Source: an uncultured Gemmatimonadales bacterium (GTDB lineage: Bacteria > Gemmatimonadota > Gemmatimonadetes > Gemmatimonadales > GWC2-71-9). Taken from it: DNA of 64,000 nt. Both the position numbers and the translations under genes were made by a program. Below are positions 9,800 through 18,415 of the stretch, piece after piece (within the stretch, counting starts at the first letter, position 1; each line of letters opens with the position of its first letter). The notes under the pieces were generated by a model. That model searched no databases. It saw only the letters and a list, made by a program, of their open reading frames with translations, and was not told the DNA's origin. The DNA lies in the NCBI GenBank assembly GCA_963771275.1, contig CAVYSW010000010.1, positions 192,001 through 256,000 of the forward strand, read 5' to 3'.

Positions 9800-10420
9800 A
9801 TGGATGACGTGCGAGATCTGAAGGAGCTGCAGCTGGACGCGCTGAAGGAGGTCGCGAACATCGGCGCTGGCCATGCCGCGACCGCGCTGTCCCAGCTCAC
9901 GAGCCGGCGCATCATGATCAACGTGCCGCAGATCACCATCTCGCGGCTCGAGGACGTGCCGGAGACGATGGGCAACCCGGAGTCGGTGGTGGCCGCGGTG
10001 CTGATGCACGTGCTCGGCGATCTCACCGGGCGCACGCTCCTGCTGTTTCCGGAGGAGAACGCGCACCTGCTGTGCGATCTGCTGCTGCGGCGGACGCCCG
10101 GGACGACGCGCACCTTCGGGGAGCTGGAGCAGTCCGGCCTCAAGGAGGCGGGGAACATCCTTGCCGGCGCGTACCTGAACGCGCTCTCCGATTTCATGGG
10201 GATGCTACTGCTGCCGTCGGTGCCGAGCCTCGTGGTGGATCTGTCGGCGGCGGTGCTCACCACCACGTATCTCAACTTCGGGCAGGATCGCGACTTCGTG
10301 TTCTGCATCGACACGGACTTCCACTTCACCGAAGCGGACCGCCGCCTGCAGGGGCACTTTCTCCTGCTGCCGGACCTGGCGTCCCTCAAGGCCATCTTCG
10401 ACGCCATTCGCCTGACGTGA
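9800..10420 (+). CDS. cheC: CheC-family phosphatase
   Basis: Two E-x-x-N active-site motifs (DALKEVANIGAGHAATALS; LKEAGNILAGAYLNAL). Confidence 0.92.
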   Translation: MDDVRDLKELQLDALKEVANIGAGHAATALSQLTSRRIMINVPQITISRLEDVPETMGNPESVVAAVLMHVLGDLTGRTLLLFPEENAHLLCDLLLRRTPGTTRTFGELEQSGLKEAGNILAGAYLNALSDFMGMLLLPSVPSLVVDLSAAVLTTTYLNFGQDRDFVFCIDTDFHFTEADRRLQGHFLLLPDLASLKAIFDAIRLT

Positions 10421-10421
10421 C

Positions 10422-13112
10422 GTGATGAACGCGCCGGCGCTCCCTTCCCAGGAGCGGGAGACCCTCCGCTCCTTCGCCCGCCGGATCGATCCCTCCGACC
10501 CCGGCGCGCACAACAATCTCGGCGTCCTCTATTATCAGAAGGGGCTGATCGACGAGGCGATCGAGTCGTTCGCCCGCGCGCTCGAGCTCGACCCGAAGAT
10601 GCTCATCGCGCGGCGCAACCTGGAGATCGCCTACAAGCAGACCGGCTACTACGACCGCCGGGTCGCCGAGCTGCAGGAGCGCCTGCGGGCCGATCCGGCC
10701 GATCGCGACGCCCGCTGGGAGCTCGGGCGCGCGTACGCCTCGCTGGGCCAGCACGACGCGGCCGCGCAGGAGTTTCAGGTCCTGGTGGATCGGAACCCCC
10801 AGGACCTGCCGGCGATCCTGCAAATTGGCCTGGCCGAGAAGCTGCGCGGGCGGCTCGAGCTCGCCACGGAGTGGTTCACCCGGGCGCGCGAGCTGGACGA
10901 CCAGAGCAGCGTGGTGCACTTCTACCTCGGCGAGACCCTGTACAACCGGGGACTGAACGCCGAAGCCCTGGCCGCGCTGGAGCGCGCCGTGGAGCTGAAC
11001 CCCGAGAACGCGGACGCGCACTATCTGCTGGCGTTCGTGTACGGCGATCTGCAGCGTGCCCAGGACGCGCGCGACGCCGCCGCCCGGGCCAAGCGTCTGA
11101 ACCCCACGCTGGGGCGGGCGCAAACCAATCTGTCGCTCGAGCGGTACGCCACGGCGCGCCGCGATGCCCCCGTGCGGGTGCCGCCGGCCCTGATGCCGGA
11201 GATCGCGGAAGGGCGGGCCCTGGCGCACTACAACCTCGGGCTCGCGTTCCGCCAGCAGGGCTACTACGCCGATGCGTTGCGTGAGTACCAGTTGGGGCTC
11301 GAGCGGGGCGAGGACCGGCGGCTCACGCTCCAGGCGATGGCGGAGGTGCAGTTGCTGCGGCGGGACTACCCGGCGGCGCGCGAGCTGTACGCCGGCCTGA
11401 CGGGCGAAGTGCCGGACGTGCCGAAGCTGTGGAACGAGTACGGCGTGGTGCTGCACCAGCTCGGTGAGCCCACCGAGGCGATCCGGGCGTACGGCCGCGC
11501 GCTGGATCTGGCGCCCGACTACGCGCTCGCGCGCAACAACCTCGCGGTCACGCTTGCCCATCAGGGCCGGCACGACGAGGCGGTCGAGGCCCTGCACGAC
11601 GCGCTCCGTGTCGGTCCGGAGCTCGCGGTCCCCCGGCTGAACCTCGGGCTGCTGCTGGCGCACCTGCGGCGCCACCAGCTCGGGCTGCAGGTCTACCGCC
11701 AGGTGCTGGATCTCGATCCCGCCTCCGCGCCGGCCTGGAACGGCATCGGCCTAGTGCTGAACGAGCTGGGGAGGGTGGCCGACGCGCGCAACGCGTTCGC
11801 GCGCGCGGTCGAGGCCGATCCCACCGCCGCCGAGGCGCACTACAACCTGAGCTTCGCGCTCTCCGCCCTGGGAGACTACGACGGCGCGTTGCGCGCGGTC
11901 ACACGGGCGCAGACACTCGATCCCTACTACGTCCCGCAGAAGTTCCGTCTCACCATCGACCTGCAATACGAGGACCCGACGATCGCGGTCGCGCCCGAGA
12001 TTTCGGCGGATGTCACCACAGATCTCGCGCCGCAGCCGCTCCAGTTCGATGCGGGAGTGCTCGACCAGATCTTCCGGGAGCTGGATCGGCCGTTACGGCG
12101 GCCGAGCACCGGACGGGTAACCGATCCGCTTGCCATGGCGCGGGACTACCTGTCGAAGGGCCTGCTGGAGCTCGCGGCCGCCGAGTGCAACCGCGCGGTG
12201 ACGCGGGGCGCCGACGAGACGGAGGCGCTGGCGCTGAGCGGGACGATCTTCGCGCGCCGGGGCCTGCACGGCGAGGCGCTTGAGCGGTTCCGCGCCGCCC
12301 GCGCGCGGGATGCGGAGCGGCACGACGCACGTCTCGGAGAGGGGCGCGCCCTGCTGGCGCTGGGGCGGGGGCGCGAGGCGTTGCCGGACGTGGAGCGCCT
12401 GGCGGCCGAAGCCGGCACGGACCCCGACGTGCTGATCGTCCTGGCCGAGGCGCGGCGCGCCGGGGGCGACCCCGGCGGTGCGCTGGAGGCGGTGCGGTGG
12501 GCGCGGGAGCGGGCGCCGGAGCGGGCCGACGTGCTCAAGCTCGAGGGCGACATCGCGTTCGGCCTGGGCGATCTCGGCGCGGCGCGCCACGCGTTCGAGG
12601 CGGCGGTGCGCCTCGATCCGCGCCTCGCGCAGGCGTTCGTGGCACTCGGCGCGGTCCACGAGCGGCGCGAGGACTGGCCGGCGGCGGAGGCCGCCTATCG
12701 CACGGCGCTGGACCGGCTGCCGACGTACAGCGAGGCGGCGGTGCTGCTCGCCCGGGTGCTGCGCCGCACCGGCCGGGCGCGCGTCGCGGTGAACCTGCTG
12801 GCGGACCTCCTGGGGAGCGATCCGTCGGACCTCGATGCGCTCCTCGCGCTGGCCCACGCGTTGGTGGACGACGGGCGCCTCGAGGCGGCGCTCCAGGCCT
12901 TCCACCGCGTGATGGCGCATGATCCCCAGCACGTCGCGGCGCACTTCTATGCGGGGGTCGCGCTGGCGCGGCTGCGCCGCTACAGTGAGGCGGTGCGCTG
13001 CTGGGAACGCGTCGTGGCGCTGGATCCGACCGGGCCCTACGCGCAGCGGGCGCGGCGGCACGCGCGGACGGCGCTGGACCTCAAGCACATCTTCCGGGTC
13101 GAGGCGGCCTGA
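10422..13112 (+). CDS. Large cytoplasmic multi-TPR protein (~896 aa)
   Basis: Many canonical TPRs (AHNNLG.LY...G...EA...F.RALELDP etc.) in blocks joined by Pro-rich linkers; no signal peptide. Confidence 0.85.
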   Translation: MMNAPALPSQERETLRSFARRIDPSDPGAHNNLGVLYYQKGLIDEAIESFARALELDPKMLIARRNLEIAYKQTGYYDRRVAELQERLRADPADRDARWELGRAYASLGQHDAAAQEFQVLVDRNPQDLPAILQIGLAEKLRGRLELATEWFTRARELDDQSSVVHFYLGETLYNRGLNAEALAALERAVELNPENADAHYLLAFVYGDLQRAQDARDAAARAKRLNPTLGRAQTNLSLERYATARRDAPVRVPPALMPEIAEGRALAHYNLGLAFRQQGYYADALREYQLGLERGEDRRLTLQAMAEVQLLRRDYPAARELYAGLTGEVPDVPKLWNEYGVVLHQLGEPTEAIRAYGRALDLAPDYALARNNLAVTLAHQGRHDEAVEALHDALRVGPELAVPRLNLGLLLAHLRRHQLGLQVYRQVLDLDPASAPAWNGIGLVLNELGRVADARNAFARAVEADPTAAEAHYNLSFALSALGDYDGALRAVTRAQTLDPYYVPQKFRLTIDLQYEDPTIAVAPEISADVTTDLAPQPLQFDAGVLDQIFRELDRPLRRPSTGRVTDPLAMARDYLSKGLLELAAAECNRAVTRGADETEALALSGTIFARRGLHGEALERFRAARARDAERHDARLGEGRALLALGRGREALPDVERLAAEAGTDPDVLIVLAEARRAGGDPGGALEAVRWARERAPERADVLKLEGDIAFGLGDLGAARHAFEAAVRLDPRLAQAFVALGAVHERREDWPAAEAAYRTALDRLPTYSEAAVLLARVLRRTGRARVAVNLLADLLGSDPSDLDALLALAHALVDDGRLEAALQAFHRVMAHDPQHVAAHFYAGVALARLRRYSEAVRCWERVVALDPTGPYAQRARRHARTALDLKHIFRVEAA

Positions 13113-13114
13113 GC

Positions 13115-14269
13115 ATGGCGATCGAGGGACCGCTCAAGGAGCTCGGACTGCACGACGTCTTCCACCTGCTCGACCTGAGCCGGAAGACGGGGGTGTTGCG
13201 CGTCACCTCGCCGCTGCGGCGGAACCAGGGAACGATCTACTTCGATCAGGGTGCCGTGGTCGCCGCCGAGATCCGCTCGAATCCGCACCCGCTGGGGGCG
13301 CTGCTGGTGCGCTCCGGGAAGATCACGGAGTCGGAGCTCGCGCGTGCGCGGGCGTGCCAGGAGGCGGGCGACACGCGGCGCCTCGGCGAGATCCTCGTCG
13401 AGCTGGGGGCCGTGGCGCAACGGGAGCTCGAGCGGCTCATCCGGATGCAGATCGAGGAGGTGGTCTTCGAGGTGATCGGTTGGCGCGAGGGCTACTTCTC
13501 GTTCGTCGAGGGCCCGCTCGGCGGTCTGCGGACCGAGGCGGGAATCCGGATCCCGACCGAGGCCCTGCTCATGGAGGGGGCGCGCCGGATCGACGAGTGG
13601 TCGCGGATCGAGCGGCAGGTGCCCCATCTTGGAGTCGTGCCGGCGCTGGCCACGGGAGCGGACCAGCGCGAGGCGGTGCTGGACCTCCGCCCGCCGGAAT
13701 GGGAAGTGCTGGCCCTGATCGACGGCACCCGTGACCTGCGCGAGATGGCGGCGGCCCTGGGGCGGTCGGAGTTCGACGTGGCCAAGACCGTGTTCGGCCT
13801 CTACAGCAGCGGCGTGGTGACGCTGCACGATCTCCGGCGGGCCGAGCTGGACGCGGCACGGCCGCAACGGGTCGAGGACACCCTGGCCGAGCTGGGCCGC
13901 CTGCTCGAAACGGGGGATGTCGAGACGGCGCGCCTCGAGGCGGAAGCGCTGGCGGCGGGCTACCCCAACGACCCGCGGACGCACCTCGTCGCCGCGCGGG
14001 TGCAGCTGGCCGCCGGGCGGGCGCGCGAGGCCGAGGCCGCAGCCCGACGCGCGCTGGGGCTCGACCCGGCCCTGGCGGATGCCCACCGGCTGCTCGGGGA
14101 CGCGCTGCTCGCGCAGGGACAATTCGGGGACGCCGCGGGGTGGTGGGAGCGCTGGCTCGCCCTGTCGCGCGAGGCGGGCGAGGATGGGCTCCTGCGCGGT
14201 CGCCTGACCAAGGCCCTGGCCGCCGCGCGCGCGCTGCAGGGCTACCTGAAGGAGCACCATGACGGATGA
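13115..14269 (+). CDS. DUF4388 (PATAN-like) + MshEN-like + wHTH-like + TPR protein
   Basis: MAIEGPLKELGLHDVFHLL..SRKTG.L, W.EG.F.F, ALLMEGARRIDEW; RLGEILVELG motif; C-terminal TPRs. Confidence 0.82.
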   Translation: MAIEGPLKELGLHDVFHLLDLSRKTGVLRVTSPLRRNQGTIYFDQGAVVAAEIRSNPHPLGALLVRSGKITESELARARACQEAGDTRRLGEILVELGAVAQRELERLIRMQIEEVVFEVIGWREGYFSFVEGPLGGLRTEAGIRIPTEALLMEGARRIDEWSRIERQVPHLGVVPALATGADQREAVLDLRPPEWEVLALIDGTRDLREMAAALGRSEFDVAKTVFGLYSSGVVTLHDLRRAELDAARPQRVEDTLAELGRLLETGDVETARLEAEALAAGYPNDPRTHLVAARVQLAAGRAREAEAAARRALGLDPALADAHRLLGDALLAQGQFGDAAGWWERWLALSREAGEDGLLRGRLTKALAAARALQGYLKEHHDG

Positions 14270-15053
14270 CATCCGGGCGCTGACCGCGGAGCTGGCGCGC
14301 GATCCGAACAGCCTGGCGTTCCTGCGGCTGGCGGAAGCGCTGCGGCTGCGGGAGCAGCTCGACGCGGCGGCGACGGTGGTGCGGGCCGGCCTCGAGCGTC
14401 ACCCCGATCGCGCCGACGCGCACGACCTCTATGCCCGGATCCTGGCCGATGCCGGGAGCGTCGACGCCGCGCGCGAGGCCTGGGAGCGGGCGTTCGTGCT
14501 GGACCCGCGGCACGTCGGCACGCTGAAGGGCCTGGCCTACCTGGCGTTTCGCGACGGCGACCTCGACGGCGCGCTCGACCGTCTGGAGAGCGCGTTGGGC
14601 GTGGATCCGACCGACGAGAGCGTGGTGCAGGCACTCCAGACGGTGCGGGAAGAGGCGGAGCGACGGCTCGCCGAGGAACGCATCCGTGCCGGGACCGACA
14701 TCTTCGCCGGCTTCGAAGGCGCGGAGCACGGGCTGCTCCTGGCGGACCGTCGCGGGCTCGTGCTCGGCGGAGCGCTGCGGAGCGTCACCGGCAGCGACGT
14801 GGCGGAGGAGGTGGCCGCGTACGTGGCCGGGGCCGCGCAGGAGGCCGAGCGCACGGCGCGGCTGCTGGAGCTCGGCGACTGGGGCGCAATCGTGGTCGAG
14901 GGGACGGCCGGCCACCTCCATCTGTCGGCACCGGCGCCGGACGCGCTGCTGCTGGTGAAGCGGGATCGTGCGGTGCCGGCGGGCCGCGTGGCGCTGCTGG
15001 CCCGGCGGGCGGCCGCGGCAGCCCGCGGCTGGCTCGAGGCGCAGCGCGGATGA
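14259..15053 (+). CDS. TPR + C-terminal roadblock/LC7 domain protein
   Basis: N-terminal DP.S.AF..LAEALR TPR region; C-terminal GLLLADRRGLVL roadblock-type beta pattern. Confidence 0.7.
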   Translation: MTDDIRALTAELARDPNSLAFLRLAEALRLREQLDAAATVVRAGLERHPDRADAHDLYARILADAGSVDAAREAWERAFVLDPRHVGTLKGLAYLAFRDGDLDGALDRLESALGVDPTDESVVQALQTVREEAERRLAEERIRAGTDIFAGFEGAEHGLLLADRRGLVLGGALRSVTGSDVAEEVAAYVAGAAQEAERTARLLELGDWGAIVVEGTAGHLHLSAPAPDALLLVKRDRAVPAGRVALLARRAAAAARGWLEAQRG

Positions 15054-15400
15054 CGGCCCATCTGGTGCGAATCCTCGACCAGGTGACCCGGGTCCGCGGT
15101 GTGCGCGGCGCGCTGCTCGTCGCCGCCGAGGACGGGCTCGTCATCGCCGAGTCCCTGATGGAGGGTGTGCGTGGCAACGCGCTGGCAGCGCTCGCCGCCG
15201 CGCTGGCCAGCCGCCTGGAGCGCGCGGCGGCGGCGACCGGGGTCGGGAGCGCGACCTTCGTGCACCTCGAGGCGGCGCGCGGCGCCCTGCTGCTGGTGCC
15301 GGCCGGGCAAGGCGTGCTCCTCGTCACCATCGCGGACTCCGTGGTCAACGTCGGCCTGGCCCGCCTCGAGATGCTGCGCGCGGTGGCGGAGGTTGCATGA
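15050..15400 (+). CDS. Roadblock/LC7 (MglB/MglC-like) protein
   Basis: 116 aa; GVRGALLVAAEDGLVIA...NVGLARLEM is a typical roadblock signature. Confidence 0.85.
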   Translation: MTAHLVRILDQVTRVRGVRGALLVAAEDGLVIAESLMEGVRGNALAALAAALASRLERAAAATGVGSATFVHLEAARGALLLVPAGQGVLLVTIADSVVNVGLARLEMLRAVAEVA

Positions 15401-15864
15401 GGCAGGCGCGGGTCATCGAGCCGTGGTTGCGGGCGCCGCTGGAGCGCTTCCTGGGCGAGACCGGCGCGCGGCTCGCGCTGCTGATGACCCCGGCCGGGCA
15501 GGTGCTGGCACAGTACGGCTTCGTCCGGGCCGTGGACGTGATGGCGGCGGCCGCGCTCGGGGCCGGCATTGCCGCCTCGACGGGTGAGATGGCGCGGATG
15601 CTCGAGGAGCGGAGCTTCCGGGCGCTGAATCACCAGAGCCCGCGGCATGGGATCTTCCTCGCGCAGTTCGACTCGCCGCGCGGCCCGCTGCTCGCGCTCG
15701 TCGTGTACGGTCCGGACTCATCGATCGGGCTGGTGCAGCTATTCTTCGAGGGGCTCGTGGGGGACCTCGCCGAGGCGGCGCCGCCGGCCCCCCGGGGAGC
15801 CCCCGTGCTGGCGGCGGACTTCGAGCGGGACCTGCACGACAGTCTCGCCACCCTGTTCCGGTAA
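15397..15864 (+). CDS. mglB: MglB-like roadblock protein (GTPase-activating partner candidate)
   Basis: ATGA overlap; [36 protein letters not shown] resembles MglB; sits directly upstream of mglA. Confidence 0.75.
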   Translation: MRQARVIEPWLRAPLERFLGETGARLALLMTPAGQVLAQYGFVRAVDVMAAAALGAGIAASTGEMARMLEERSFRALNHQSPRHGIFLAQFDSPRGPLLALVVYGPDSSIGLVQLFFEGLVGDLAEAAPPAPRGAPVLAADFERDLHDSLATLFR

Positions 15865-15869
15865 TCGCT

Positions 15870-16469
15870 ATGTCGCTCGTCAACTTCACGACCCGCGAAA
15901 TCACCTGCAAGATCGTCTACTACGGCCCGGGCCGCTCCGGGAAGACGACGAACCTGCAGTACATCTACGGACGGGTGCCCGAAGAGCGGCGGGGGCGGAT
16001 GGTCTCGCTGGCGACGCAGACGGACCGCACCCTGTTCTTCGACTTCCTGCCGCTCGAGCTGGGATCCATCTCGGGCTTCGCCACCCGGTTCCAGCTGTAC
16101 ACGGTGCCCGGTCAGGTCTACTACAACGCGACGCGCAAGCTCGTGCTGCAGGGCGCGGACGGTGTGGTGTTCGTGGGTGACAGCCAGGCCCGCCAGCTCG
16201 ATGAGAACCTGGAGAGCCTGCAGAACCTCCAGGTGAACCTGCTGGAGCACGGCATCGATGTGCGCGAGGTGCCGTACGTGCTCCAGTACAACAAGCAGGA
16301 CCTGCCGCGCGATCTCATCCTGACGCCGGAGGAGCTCGACGATCAGCTCAATTTCCGCGGGGTGCCGAGTTACGGTGCGGCGGCGGTGACCGGTCAGGGG
16401 GTGTTCGAGACGCTGCGCGCCATCTCGGAGCGGGTGCTGCGCAAGCTGAGCGAGGACGAACCCGGGTGA
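15870..16469 (+). CDS. mglA: MglA-family small Ras-like GTPase
   Basis: [66 protein letters not shown]. Confidence 0.95.
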   Translation: MSLVNFTTREITCKIVYYGPGRSGKTTNLQYIYGRVPEERRGRMVSLATQTDRTLFFDFLPLELGSISGFATRFQLYTVPGQVYYNATRKLVLQGADGVVFVGDSQARQLDENLESLQNLQVNLLEHGIDVREVPYVLQYNKQDLPRDLILTPEELDDQLNFRGVPSYGAAAVTGQGVFETLRAISERVLRKLSEDEPG

Positions 16470-18415
16470 CGGCAGAGCTGAACCCTCGGTTCACGTTCGA
16501 CGCGTTCATCGTCGGTCCGAGCAACCGGCTGGCGGTGGCGGCGGCGCGCACCGTGGCGGAGAGCCCGGGCACCGCCTACAACCCGCTGTTCATCTACAGC
16601 GCGAGCGGCCTGGGGAAGACCCACCTGCTCATGGCGGTCGGCACGCATGCGCGATCGCTCTCCCCCACGCTGTCGGTCGCGTACCTCACGCTCGAGGAAT
16701 TCGTCGAGGCGTTTCACGCCGCAGTCGCGGCCGGCCAAGGGGAGGCGTTCGGCCGCCGCTTCGACGCGGTGGACATCGTGCTGATCGATGACGTGCAGTT
16801 CCTGACGACCCGGCTCGAGACGCAGGCGGAGCTGCTGCGTCTCGTCACGCAGCAGCTCGAGGCGGGGCACCAGGTGGTGCTGTCCAGCGACCGCCCGCCG
16901 CAGGAGATCGAGCAGCTCGACGAGCGGCTCATCTCGCGCTTCGCGGGCGGCCTGGTGGTGGACATCGGACCGCCGGAGTTCGAGACGCGGCTCGCGATCC
17001 TGCGCCGCAAGGCGGAGGAGCGCGGCGTCGATTTCGAGCGGGCGATTCTGTCGGCGGTCGCGGCGTTCGAGGCGCGCAACGTGCGCGAGCTGTTGGGTCT
17101 GTTGAACCGGCTCATCGCGTTCCAGGCCGTGAATGAGGGCACGTTGACCACCGAGGGCGTGCGCACGCTGCTGGGTCTGGAGGAGACGGAGCCGCCCGTC
17201 GAGCCGACCGAGCCGGTGGCGCCGGGCGCGGCGGACGAGTTCGCCGAGTTCGTGTCGACGGTCGGGGCGGCGCTCGCGCAGCAGATGGACTCGTGGCGCC
17301 GCCGGCTGCACGAGGCCCGGGCGTATTGGGAGGGTCGGGGGTACCGGGTACAGCGGATCACCGGTCCGCTCGAGCAGGACACGCCCGTCGGGGCCGAGGT
17401 GCTGATCAAGCAGTTCGAGGAGGACGTGGAGCGCCTGCAGGCACTCGAGCAGGAGATGACGCTGCTCGAGCCGGCGCGGGCGGGCGACCCGGTGTTCCGC
17501 GATCCGGATCGGGTGGCGGATGCCGAGGCGCTGGTGCACGCGGCCAAGGAGGGGCTGGCACCGCCTCCCGGGCCCTCCGCGGCGTGGGCATTCGAGGACT
17601 TCGTGGGCACCGGGTCGAACCAGCTCGCCCTCACCGCCGCCCGCGCGGTGGCCGAGCAGCCGGGTACGATGTACAACCCGCTCGTCGTGATCGGATCCAC
17701 GGGCCTCGGCAAGACCCACCTGCTGCACGGCATCGGGCACGCGCTCTCCGCCGCCCCGGGCTCCCTGGTGGCGTGCCTGTCCGCCCAGGACTTCCTCGAC
17801 GAGCTGGTGCAGGCGATGGAGCGCCACCGGGTCGATGCATGGCGCTCGCGGTATCGCCGGGCCACGGCGTTCCTGCTGGACGACATCCACCTGCTGGCGC
17901 ACAAGGAGCAGTCGCAGGAAGAGCTGTTCCATCTGTTCAACGCGCTGCTCGACACGCAGCGGCAGCTGGTGTTCACGGCCAACGTGCCGCCGCGCGAGCT
18001 GGAGGGCATCGACGACCGGCTCGTGACGCGACTCGGTGGTGGCCTGGTGACCGAGCTGCAGCCGCCCGACCGGGAGCTGCGGCTGGCGGTCGTGACGCGC
18101 GAGCTCAAGGGCCGGCAGGGCGAGGTGGATCCCGATCTCGCGGCCTACCTCGCCGATCGGCCGGCGACGTCGCTCCGCACCGTGACGGGGACGGTCCAGC
18201 GCGTCGTGGGCGAAGCCGAGCTGCAGGGGGTGTCGCCGTCGGTGGCCCAGGCCCGCGCCCTGCTCGAGGGGACGCCCGAGCCGGCGCGCCGCGCGACGCC
18301 GCGGCTCCGGACGAGCGGCATCGTGGTCTCCCCGAGCGGCGGCGTGCGCAGCCGGGAGAAAGTGATCTGGCGGTGGCCCAACATCACCGACCGGATCATC
18401 GAGGACGTCGGCTGA
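16466..18415 (+). CDS. Protein with two tandem DnaA/Hda-type AAA+ domains, lacking the DnaA N-terminal and DNA-binding domains
   Basis: Domain 1: [50 protein letters not shown]. Domain 2: FEDFV...SN.LA, YNPL...[33 protein letters not shown]. No domain IV HTH. Confidence 0.85.
   Translation: MTAELNPRFTFDAFIVGPSNRLAVAAARTVAESPGTAYNPLFIYSASGLGKTHLLMAVGTHARSLSPTLSVAYLTLEEFVEAFHAAVAAGQGEAFGRRFDAVDIVLIDDVQFLTTRLETQAELLRLVTQQLEAGHQVVLSSDRPPQEIEQLDERLISRFAGGLVVDIGPPEFETRLAILRRKAEERGVDFERAILSAVAAFEARNVRELLGLLNRLIAFQAVNEGTLTTEGVRTLLGLEETEPPVEPTEPVAPGAADEFAEFVSTVGAALAQQMDSWRRRLHEARAYWEGRGYRVQRITGPLEQDTPVGAEVLIKQFEEDVERLQALEQEMTLLEPARAGDPVFRDPDRVADAEALVHAAKEGLAPPPGPSAAWAFEDFVGTGSNQLALTAARAVAEQPGTMYNPLVVIGSTGLGKTHLLHGIGHALSAAPGSLVACLSAQDFLDELVQAMERHRVDAWRSRYRRATAFLLDDIHLLAHKEQSQEELFHLFNALLDTQRQLVFTANVPPRELEGIDDRLVTRLGGGLVTELQPPDRELRLAVVTRELKGRQGEVDPDLAAYLADRPATSLRTVTGTVQRVVGEAELQGVSPSVAQARALLEGTPEPARRATPRLRTSGIVVSPSGGVRSREKVIWRWPNITDRIIEDVG

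Noticed and set aside
1643..10066. Very long minus-strand ORFs (e.g. 1643-4534, 5960-10066) and many similar ones elsewhere
   Set aside because: Antisense shadows of well-supported plus-strand genes, expected with high-GC codon bias; Arg/Pro/Ala-rich with no motifs.
16466..18415. Calling this gene dnaA, or the region oriC
   Set aside because: No domain I or IV, duplicated ATPase module, no dnaN/recF/gyrB context, no AT-rich unwinding element and no DnaA-box cluster seen.
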